Notes under the pieces: generated by a model
What the model saw: only the letters and a program-made list of their open reading frames with translations
Told to the model about the DNA's origin: nothing
Databases searched by the model: none
In this document: positions 8,488-15,950 of the stretch, piece after piece
Numbering within the stretch: the first letter of the stretch is position 1
Layout of the letters: the number at the start of each line of letters is the position of its first letter
Program-made: the position numbers and the translations under genes
Origin: Pseudodesulfovibrio piezophilus C1TLV30
GTDB taxonomy: Bacteria; Desulfobacterota; Desulfovibrionia; Desulfovibrionales; Desulfovibrionaceae
Length of the DNA stretch: 32,000 nt
NCBI RefSeq assembly: GCF_000341895.1
Contig: NC_020409.1
Coordinates: 1,500,001-1,532,000, forward strand
Direction: 5' to 3'

Positions 8488-9651
8488 ATGAAGAAAGGTT
8501 ACTTCGGCGATTTCGGCGGCCAGTTCATCCCGGAACTGCTCATGCCCCCGCTTATCGAACTGGAAAAAGCCATGGAAACCATCCTCCCTTCCGAGGAGTT
8601 CCAGACACGCTTTATCGATATGCTCAAGGAAAATGTAGGCCGTCCTTCGGCTATGACCCATTGCGCTAATCTTTCCAAAGATCTCGGGCTTGACCTCTGG
8701 CTCAAACGGGAAGACCTCAATCATTCCGGCGCACATAAGATTAACAACACCCTCGGACAAGGCCTTCTAGCCAAGATGATGGGAAAAAATGTACTGCTGG
8801 CCGAGACCGGTGCAGGCATGCATGGCGTGGCCACGGCTGTCGCGGCCGCCATGCTCGATATGAAGGCCATTATTTACATGGGGGCCACGGATGTGGTCCG
8901 TCAAGCCCCCAATGTCAACCGGATGCGACTCATGGGTGCGGAGATAGTGGCTGTCGAATCCGGCACCAAGACCCTCAAGGACGCCATCAATGAGGCGTTG
9001 CGCCGTTGGTTGTCCGATCAGGAAACCACGCACTACTGCTTTGGCACCGCTGCCGGACCACACCCCTTTCCGACACTGGTTCGCCAATTCCAGCAGATCA
9101 TTTCCCAAGAAGCCCGCCAGCAATTCATGGATCGCAACAATGGTTCTCTGCCCGATGCCGTGGTCGCGTGTGTCGGAGGTGGCTCCAATGCCATCGGCAT
9201 GTTCCACCACTTCATCCCCGATGCATCCGTCCGAATCATAGGTGTGGAGGCAGCAGGAACAGGAGAACCGGGGTGTGACAATTCCGCTCCCTTGAGCATT
9301 GGCTCGGACGGTATCCTGCATGGAATGAAGACCAAGCTGCTACAGACAGAAACAGGACAGATTTTGCCGTCCCACTCCATCGCGCCAGGTCTGGATTATC
9401 CTGGAGTCGGACCGGAACACGCGCACTTGCACGATTCCGGCCGTGGTGAATATGTCACCATCAATGACGCACAGGCCATCAATGCCTTCAAAGTACTTTC
9501 CCAGCGTGAAGGCATCATCCCGGCTTTGGAATCTTCTCACGCCGTGGCCTACGCCATTGAAAACAAGAAGATGCTTCAAGGCAAGTCCGTGCTTGTGTGC
9601 CTGTCCGGTCGCGGAGACAAGGATCTCGGGATACTGGACGAGATTCTGTAG
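8488..9651 (+). CDS. trpB: Tryptophan synthase beta chain (TrpB1-like length)
   Basis: Motifs GYFGDFGGQFIPE, HSGAHKINN (PLP lysine) and GGGSNAIG. TAAGGA SD is at 8474-8479. Confidence 0.95.
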   Translation: MKKGYFGDFGGQFIPELLMPPLIELEKAMETILPSEEFQTRFIDMLKENVGRPSAMTHCANLSKDLGLDLWLKREDLNHSGAHKINNTLGQGLLAKMMGKNVLLAETGAGMHGVATAVAAAMLDMKAIIYMGATDVVRQAPNVNRMRLMGAEIVAVESGTKTLKDAINEALRRWLSDQETTHYCFGTAAGPHPFPTLVRQFQQIISQEARQQFMDRNNGSLPDAVVACVGGGSNAIGMFHHFIPDASVRIIGVEAAGTGEPGCDNSAPLSIGSDGILHGMKTKLLQTETGQILPSHSIAPGLDYPGVGPEHAHLHDSGRGEYVTINDAQAINAFKVLSQREGIIPALESSHAVAYAIENKKMLQGKSVLVCLSGRGDKDLGILDEIL

Positions 9652-9773
9652 AGCCGGAGAACTCAGACAGCCCCAACAGGCATCTGTGCACTCCATCCCC
9701 GTGAGGGAACTCGACACATCACCACAACACATTGGCGCACTCGAAGACGCCAGTGGTAAAGAAGGGGTAAAAT

Positions 9774-10535
9774 ATGAATCCCATGCAAATAAAAATAGAC
9801 GAGGCTGTGACCAAAGGGTCCGTGGGCCTCATCCCATTTCTTCCGGCTGGTTTCCCCAACAGGGAACAGTTCTGGAAGGAACTTGAAGAATTGGACGCAG
9901 CAGGCGCATCCATCATTGAAATAGGCATGCCCTTTTCCGACCCGGTAGCCGATGGCCCAGTGGTGGAAAAAGCATCCCTCCAATGCCTGGAGGACGGCAT
10001 CGACCTAACTTGGATATTCGAAGGCCTCAAGAAGCGCAAAGGCTCATTCAATGCGGCATTGCTGCTCATGGGGTATCTCAACCCGGTCTACCAATACGGA
10101 GTGGAGCAATTCGGCGCGGACTGTGAGGCCGCTGGGGTATCAGGACTGATTATCGCTGACTTACCCTACGAAGAAGCCGATTTTGTCAAGCAAGCCATCG
10201 AATCCCACGGAGTGGCTCTGGTCCCGCTTATCGGATTGAATACAAGCCGGGAACGCATGAAACTCTATGCCAAGGGTGCTACTGGATTTTGCTATTTTGT
10301 CTCGGTCCTCGGCACCACTGGTCAACGGGAATCCCTGCCTGCCCGTATTAAGGAAAAACTGACCGAAGCCCGCGAAATATTCACGGTCCCCATTGCCTTG
10401 GGTTTTGGGATCAAACACCCTGATCAACTCTCCCAATTTGAAGGGCTTCTGGACGCGGCGGTTTTCGGTTCAGCGCTTATCAGCCACATAGAAAGCGGCA
10501 AATCGAGTCAGGAGTTCATGGCTCCCTGGACTTGA
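9774..10535 (+). CDS. trpA: Tryptophan synthase alpha chain
   Basis: Motifs IPFLPAGFP, IEIGMPFSDPVADGPV and GFGI. AAGGGG SD is upstream. Confidence 0.95.
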   Translation: MNPMQIKIDEAVTKGSVGLIPFLPAGFPNREQFWKELEELDAAGASIIEIGMPFSDPVADGPVVEKASLQCLEDGIDLTWIFEGLKKRKGSFNAALLLMGYLNPVYQYGVEQFGADCEAAGVSGLIIADLPYEEADFVKQAIESHGVALVPLIGLNTSRERMKLYAKGATGFCYFVSVLGTTGQRESLPARIKEKLTEAREIFTVPIALGFGIKHPDQLSQFEGLLDAAVFGSALISHIESGKSSQEFMAPWT

Positions 10536-10548
10536 ATCAAACATGAAA

Positions 10549-10584
10549 GCATAAAAAAGCCCGGTTTTCCGGGCTTTTTTATGC
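10549..10584. terminator. Bidirectional rho-independent terminator closing the aro/trp operon
   Basis: Perfect palindrome GCATAAAAAAGCCCGG-tttt-CCGGGCTTTTTTATGC, with a GC core flanked by A6/T6. Confidence 0.88.
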
Positions 10585-10703
10585 TTATTCACTGAGAATA
10601 TCCTGTGCGGTAGAGGAATAAAATACCCACGTGGTCAGCATAGGCACTCTCTGTCTGTGCCAAGGACATTGCTTGTACACGCAAATTCATCTAGTTTTAC
10701 CGG

Positions 10704-11090
10704 ATGATTCTATTCGTCCTTATGAGAGATCTTCTCATATTCATAACAGGAGTGTTGTACTTCGAGTTTTATCTCGACTTCAAATTGCCGAACGAAAGCA
10801 ATTTACTTTTATTTTTTGTTGCGATTCCGATAGTATGGGCAACCATGATGCAGATGTGGACCGCTATCAGTTATCGAGAGCAAAAAAATCGAGTGATGTA
10901 TTGGGCATGCCATATGATGGGTGTCCTTTTATTAACCTGTTCCGTCTTCCTCATCAGTGCCGTCTTGAATTCTATCGAATCTTCATTGAGCACAACAGGC
11001 AACATACTCTTTCATGTCGTGGGATGGTCTGCCATCTTGAGTATCATCTTCTACGATATGGTCGATATCGCTCGGGATGATGACCGCTGA
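10704..11090 (+). CDS. Hypothetical small integral membrane protein (about 4 TM segments)
   Basis: The 128-aa ORF has four hydrophobic stretches and a charged tail. The overlapping ORF 10631-11080 has an implausible Cys/His/Arg-rich composition. No family was recognised. Confidence 0.5.
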   Translation: MILFVLMRDLLIFITGVLYFEFYLDFKLPNESNLLLFFVAIPIVWATMMQMWTAISYREQKNRVMYWACHMMGVLLLTCSVFLISAVLNSIESSLSTTGNILFHVVGWSAILSIIFYDMVDIARDDDR

Positions 11091-11108
11091 AAAATTGTCC
11101 CCAGTTTA

Positions 11109-11837
11109 TCACATGTTTTTTTCGCAATATCTCAAAAACTTTTGCGCTTCCATGAACTGAGGATTGATATTCAAAGCGTCTTTCAGACTCGCCATGCACG
11201 GCTCGTTCATTCCTTTTTCAAAATAGACTCGCGCAAGATTGAAATGGACATTCTCGTCGTCATTCACGATTTCCAGGGATTTCTTGTAGTACCGAATCGA
11301 TTCATCATAGTGGCCGTTCTTTCGCAAACTGATGCCGAACTTATTGAATTTCTGACGATGCTCGTAGGTGAATGCCTCGGAGATGCCGAGCAGAGTATTC
11401 AAGACCCGCTTGAGCTTGTTGAATTCCTTGGTGTGTGAGTAGACCTCGCCCAATCCGTAGTTGGCATCAATACTCTTCTCATCAATCATCAACGCCTTGA
11501 TGAACTGCCCTTCGGCTTCATCCATATTTCCAGCGGAAAAGGCCTGCTCGCCCTGTTCGATCTTTCGAGCCAAAGTCTCAAGAGCAGGGACAGTATGAAT
11601 CTGATAATAAGAAGGTTCCGGGGTGTATTGCTTGAGAAAATCAAGCTCGCCAAGAACGGTTCGGACGCCGGAAGGGACATGATGCGCATTGAGCGGTTGC
11701 ACCTCAAATTCCTTTTGTGAGATCTGCCGAGCATACCAATATGTTATATTCGAACGCTTCTCTGCCGTGCCGCCGGTTCCTATTTCCGCTTCCAATTGAA
11801 GCGAATAGACACCGAGTATTTGTGGATAATCACTCAA
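11109..11837 (-). CDS. TPR-repeat protein with an unrecognised ~100-aa N-terminal domain
   Basis: The C-terminal half has TPR-like repeats (AEGQFIKALMIDEKSIDANYGLGEVY; SIRYYKKSLEIVNDDENVHFNLARVYFEKG; ASLKDALNINPQF). It is a clean 242-aa ORF. Confidence 0.7.
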   Translation of the reverse strand: MSDYPQILGVYSLQLEAEIGTGGTAEKRSNITYWYARQISQKEFEVQPLNAHHVPSGVRTVLGELDFLKQYTPEPSYYQIHTVPALETLARKIEQGEQAFSAGNMDEAEGQFIKALMIDEKSIDANYGLGEVYSHTKEFNKLKRVLNTLLGISEAFTYEHRQKFNKFGISLRKNGHYDESIRYYKKSLEIVNDDENVHFNLARVYFEKGMNEPCMASLKDALNINPQFMEAQKFLRYCEKNM

Positions 11838-11976
11838 AGTCGAGTCTCCATTCCGTCATGTCCATTATGATTGTACGTGCCGTGGATATATCAATACTCA
11901 CAGTCAAGGATGTACAGCACAGCCTTAGTAAAATCAATAATTCTTATCATAACCACAAGCTGTTGCGAATAAAAAT

Positions 11977-12024
11977 AAAAGGCCCGACCCGGTACACGTA
12001 AAGAGTATACCGAGCCGGGCCTTT
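11977..12024 (-). terminator. Terminator of the minus-strand pseudopilin operon
   Basis: Arms are AAAAGGCCCG...CGGGCCTTTT, with an inner CGGTA/TACCG pairing. On the minus strand the stem is followed by TTTTATTTTTATT. It lies 84 nt past the stop at 12108. Confidence 0.6.
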
Positions 12025-12107
12025 TATTAAAATAAATTTATAAGGAAATATTTATCCGTTCGAAAAAAGACCGATGGGAATCTGCCAAATAAATTGGGAA
12101 AAGGACA

Positions 12108-12578
12108 CTATTCGCCACAAGGCTTCCACGGCTCATTAAGCTTTCGTTCATGGCCTTCCAGATTGATCACCTCCGGGAAGACATCCCCAACCAAAGGAGT
12201 AAAGGGATGATAATGATATATAACGGAGACCTGGACCAATTCGCACGGCCCACCGGGATCATTCTCCACACCATCACCAGTGGCACTGGCTGTGGGCCAG
12301 GAAGAGACAGTGATTTCCTTTGCTCCGTTATCCAGTGCCGTCAGCCATTTCTCGGTCTCGGCAACGATTTGCGACAAGCGATTTCCCTCTTCATCTCCCA
12401 CTCCGGTCGCGGCAAAGCGTGCTCCGACCTGGGCGGCTTTCTGAATACTCAGCCACGAATAAAAGATCGATCCGAATTCGACCATGCCGAGAACCAAAAC
12501 AAAAATGAATGGAATGATAAGGGCGAACTCAATGGTGGTGACGCCTCTGCGACGGGCAATATTGCTACGCTGTTTCAT
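12108..12578 (-). CDS. TadE/TadF-like pseudopilin
   Basis: N-terminus is MKQRSNIARRRG/VTTIEFALIIPFIFVLVLG. This gives a prepilin-peptidase-type G/xxxxEF site plus a hydrophobic helix typical of the TadE-like family. Confidence 0.8.
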   Translation of the reverse strand: MKQRSNIARRRGVTTIEFALIIPFIFVLVLGMVEFGSIFYSWLSIQKAAQVGARFAATGVGDEEGNRLSQIVAETEKWLTALDNGAKEITVSSWPTASATGDGVENDPGGPCELVQVSVIYHYHPFTPLVGDVFPEVINLEGHERKLNEPWKPCGE

Positions 12579-12589
12579 ACTTGTTCTCC

Positions 12590-13921
12590 CTAGTTCAAGA
12601 GCCGCCAGCCCAACTGCTTCCCGATTTCCTTGAAGACATCCGGGATATCGTAGACTGATGGTGCATCAAAGTAATGGTCATCCGTTCCTGTTTTGCTGGA
12701 GGCAATTTCCTTCATCAAACTGACATCGGTATTATCTGAAGACCCAAAGCGGATGGAAAAAATCTCAACTCCCGCATCCTTAGCCAATTCGGCCTCAGCG
12801 AGCATTTCCTCATTCAGGACACCGCCATTTTCACAATGGGCCGTATCGACGCCCATACCAAAGTAGGCGTTGGTCCAATAATTATTCGGTCGATACGAGG
12901 CCCTGTAGGAGCCTCCGCATTCGCCATCTTCCGTATCCCCATCAGTCAGGACAATCATGATCTTGCGCATATCTTCCTTGTCACCACCCTGGGTGTACGG
13001 TTCCTCCGGCGTCAGGACATTTCGCCCCCATTTGATTCCTTCGGAGATAAGCGTGCCAGAGGCATTTCCGGTGGCAGTCTGTTGATTGATGGCCGAAATG
13101 ATCTCGTCCTTGTCCTGGGAGAGAGGCATGATTTCGGGAATATCCGAACACGTATCCAAATCAATGGAACGACGGTATCGAGAGGAAAGCGCGTAATAGT
13201 CATCCATGAACTCATCATTGATGCCGTTATTAACGCTTCCGTCCGCATTGCGGCAGCCACCATCCAGACCATCGACATCATCTCCCACTTTCACCTTGCC
13301 GCGAAAGGGAACCAGACCGACCTTGGTGTCCGGGTCTGCCCCATCCGGCATGAGCAACTCTGTTAACTCAATGGACGCCTCCTTGACCAAATTGATGGGC
13401 GTGCCTTTCATGGAGCCGGAATTATCGACCACAAAAACTACTTCGAGCTTATTGAAACCTGCGGCGGCTGACGCCGAGACCCAATGATCGGCGATACCGG
13501 TAAAGCCCATGATCAGAAGCTTGACCTCAGCCTTGGCCTTGACCACGACACTGCGAACTTCCGTGCCGGGAGAAACCTGCTGGACTACGGCAGCAGGCAT
13601 GTTGGTATGGATCATGTCAGTAACAGCCTGCTTGACCAGCCCTTTGTCTATGTCAGGATCATATGGCAATTCCAGACTTCCTGCCAAAGCACCTGCATCA
13701 ACAGCGGCCTGAAGGCGCGTATGCGTAACATACATATTCCCCATGTCCACAGCCAACCCCACCATTCCGAGAATGACGGGAACCAGCAGAGCCAGCAGGA
13801 TGCTCGTGGCACCACAACGGGAATTATCAGGGAAGCGGCATGGTTGTTTGCGCTGCAAGAGTGAGCGAGTCCTCGCCAGTGAGCATTTCGATGGCATACT
13901 CGCCAAACGGTTGGTAATCAT
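12590..13921 (-). CDS. TadG-like pilus protein with von Willebrand factor A domain
   Basis: A TadG-like N-terminal helix GATSILLALLVPVILGMVGLAVDMGNMYV is followed by a vWA MIDAS motif VVFVVDNSGSM. ATG 13921 has GAGG 6 nt upstream and overlaps the preceding gene by 95 nt; ATG 13897 is the alternative. Confidence 0.8.
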   Translation of the reverse strand: MITNRLASMPSKCSLARTRSLLQRKQPCRFPDNSRCGATSILLALLVPVILGMVGLAVDMGNMYVTHTRLQAAVDAGALAGSLELPYDPDIDKGLVKQAVTDMIHTNMPAAVVQQVSPGTEVRSVVVKAKAEVKLLIMGFTGIADHWVSASAAAGFNKLEVVFVVDNSGSMKGTPINLVKEASIELTELLMPDGADPDTKVGLVPFRGKVKVGDDVDGLDGGCRNADGSVNNGINDEFMDDYYALSSRYRRSIDLDTCSDIPEIMPLSQDKDEIISAINQQTATGNASGTLISEGIKWGRNVLTPEEPYTQGGDKEDMRKIMIVLTDGDTEDGECGGSYRASYRPNNYWTNAYFGMGVDTAHCENGGVLNEEMLAEAELAKDAGVEIFSIRFGSSDNTDVSLMKEIASSKTGTDDHYFDAPSVYDIPDVFKEIGKQLGWRLLN

Positions 13922-14213
13922 AGGAAACCTCGACAGTCACGGTGTTGGAGGCCGTATCGGTCGTCACGGACGTCCGCAGAGCCTCGGAGTTCAGGTCATC
14001 TGTGATTGCCCGAACCAGTGTTTCAATTTCAGATGTTTCACCATCCATCAGTGCCAAACGTGCCCCCTCGCGGCTCGCTTCGACCAAACTTGAATATGTA
14101 TGCATGGCATTGGCACCTTCAATAATCAGGAAGAGCAGCAAGGCAAAGCCCGGAAGCAGCAAGGCGAATTCCACCGCAGCCAGCCCCTGGCGTGAAAAGT
14201 TTCTCTTTCTCAT
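13827..14213 (-). CDS. TadE-like pseudopilin
   Basis: N-terminus is MRKRNFSRQG/LAAVEFALLLPGFALLL. AAGGAGA SD lies 7 nt upstream of the ATG. Confidence 0.8.
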   Translation of the reverse strand: MRKRNFSRQGLAAVEFALLLPGFALLLFLIIEGANAMHTYSSLVEASREGARLALMDGETSEIETLVRAITDDLNSEALRTSVTTDTASNTVTVEVSYDYQPFGEYAIEMLTGEDSLTLAAQTTMPLP

Positions 14214-14271
14214 TGCCCAATCTCCTTGTCAGCGATTCTTCCAGCCCGAAACGAGCTGTGTATTCGGCATT

Positions 14272-14287
14272 AGCAATGGATATGCCA
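14272..14287 (-). promoter_or_regulatory. Sigma-54 (-24/-12) promoter for the pseudopilin operon
   Basis: The minus strand reads TGGCATATCCATTGCT, with GG and GC at the canonical spacing (TGGCAC-N5-TTGCW). It lies about 60 nt upstream of ATG 14213. Confidence 0.6.
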
Positions 14288-14466
14288 TTGACGATAAATA
14301 TCTTTATTTAAATAGGCAATTACCTGATATAAAACATTTTTTTGCAAGAAACAAAAAAAATGAAACATTGGAATTGCCACCACACCTGGCCTGCCCATCT
14401 ATTTTTTGTGGATTTAATGGAATAAACTCTGTATTATACAGGGCAGGGGACAAAGGAGGAGAGGGT

Positions 14467-15849
14467 ATGGCTGAAAAAATACTGATTGTTGATGACGATC
14501 GCGCTTTTCAAGGAATGCTGGTCGAAGCATTGACAGACAAGGGATATGAGATCGACACGGCACCGACTGCCGAAGACGGCATTACCAAGGCTGGAGCTGG
14601 AGACTACGACCTCATACTGCATGACATCAAACTCCCAGGCATGTCCGGGCTGGAGGCGCTGCCCCACCTCGCCGACGCCGCCCCCGGAGTGGATGTCATT
14701 GTCATGACCGGCTATGCCTCCAAGGATTCCGGCGTTCAAGCCATGCAACATGGAGCCTATGACTACTTCACCAAACCATTCTCTCTGAGTGAAATGGAGG
14801 TTGTTGTCCGCCGCGCCATGGAAAAACGCCGTATGCAGTTGGAGCTGGCAGAATTGAAAAAGCGCGGTTCAACCAGCCCCCTTCATGATATCATCGGCCA
14901 ATCAGCTCCCATGCAGGCCATCAAGAAAAGGATTGCCCGTGTCGCGGAACTCAATGCCGATGTTCTGATCATGGGAGAAACCGGAACCGGCAAGGAACTG
15001 GTTTCAGATACCATTCACGCCATGAGCACCCGGGGGAAGGGACCATTTGTCAAGCTCAACTGTGCCGCCATCCCGGAAAATCTCATTGAAAGTGAATTGT
15101 TTGGACACGAGAAAGGAGCCTTCACCGGCGCGACATCTGTCAAGCACGGTAAATTCGAGATGGCCAAAGGAGGCAGCATTCTGCTGGATGAGCTCGGCGA
15201 AATGCCCATGCACCTTCAGCCTAAAATCCTCCGTGCCGTTGAACAGAAACAGGCTGAAAGATTGGGAGGAGCCAAACCGGTCAAATACGATGTTCGCATC
15301 ATTGCAGCCACCAACCTTGATCTTGAAGAGCGCATCGCTCAAGGCCACTTCCGAAGCGATCTTTACTATCGACTGAATGTCGCGACCCTGATCCTGCCCC
15401 CGCTGCGGGAACGCAAGACTGATCTGCCCGAATTGGCAGATTTTTTTCTGGATCGAGCTAACCGCCGCCTTGGCACTGATATAAGCGCGATATCTGCCGA
15501 TGCCATGGAAATTTTCTTCAACTACGACTGGCCTGGCAATATCCGACAATTTGCCAACGCAGTGGAACGCGCCGCCATCTTCTGCACTTCATCCGTCATT
15601 ACTCCATCTGAAGTGGACCAGGCTTTTTCCAACAAACAACCGCAGAAGGATGCCGGACTCTCACTGCCTGAAACCTCCCTCCCACTCAAACAGGCACTTA
15701 TTCAATATGAAAGATCTCTCATCGAGAACGCCCTGCGTCTCACCGGGGGGACACAGACTGACGCAGCCGAATCGCTCGGCATTTCAGCAAAAAATCTCTG
15801 GAACAAACTCAAGAAACACGGCATGGATCCTGCACAATTCAAGGCATAA
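14467..15849 (+). CDS. Sigma-54-dependent response regulator (REC + AAA+ + Fis-type HTH; NtrC family)
   Basis: REC domain: ILIVDDD ... LILHDIKLPGMSG. AAA+ domain: Walker A GETGTGKE plus the GAFTGA sigma-54 contact loop. C-terminal HTH: TQTDAAESLGISAKNLWNKLKKHG. SD is AAAGGAGGAGAGGG. Confidence 0.92.
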   Translation: MAEKILIVDDDRAFQGMLVEALTDKGYEIDTAPTAEDGITKAGAGDYDLILHDIKLPGMSGLEALPHLADAAPGVDVIVMTGYASKDSGVQAMQHGAYDYFTKPFSLSEMEVVVRRAMEKRRMQLELAELKKRGSTSPLHDIIGQSAPMQAIKKRIARVAELNADVLIMGETGTGKELVSDTIHAMSTRGKGPFVKLNCAAIPENLIESELFGHEKGAFTGATSVKHGKFEMAKGGSILLDELGEMPMHLQPKILRAVEQKQAERLGGAKPVKYDVRIIAATNLDLEERIAQGHFRSDLYYRLNVATLILPPLRERKTDLPELADFFLDRANRRLGTDISAISADAMEIFFNYDWPGNIRQFANAVERAAIFCTSSVITPSEVDQAFSNKQPQKDAGLSLPETSLPLKQALIQYERSLIENALRLTGGTQTDAAESLGISAKNLWNKLKKHGMDPAQFKA

Positions 15850-15950
15850 TGGCCCATAGCCAGGAAGAATCCATTTTTTTTGGAGTCTTTCTTGACGCAT
15901 GAGAAGTTCGTGCGCGCCCATGTTCCCTGAACCCATCTGGCAGGTTTCCC

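Noticed and set aside
10631-11080. A 149-aa GTG-initiated ORF overlaps the 4-TM ORF.
   Set aside because: Its Cys/His/Arg-rich composition has no hydrophobic or structural pattern. The alternative frame gives a coherent membrane protein.
14336-14347. A shared ATTTTTGCA-like string occurs upstream of both sigma-54 promoters (also at about 17335-17346).
   Set aside because: It is a short T-rich match in AT-rich DNA, at different distances from the two promoters, so it is not distinguishable from chance without comparative data.
13942-14466. A 635-aa ORF extends the sigma-54 activator upstream to 13942.
   Set aside because: The extension runs antisense through the tadE-like gene and the AT-rich divergent promoter region. 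The REC domain starts exactly at ATG 14467, behind a strong AAAGGAGG SD.
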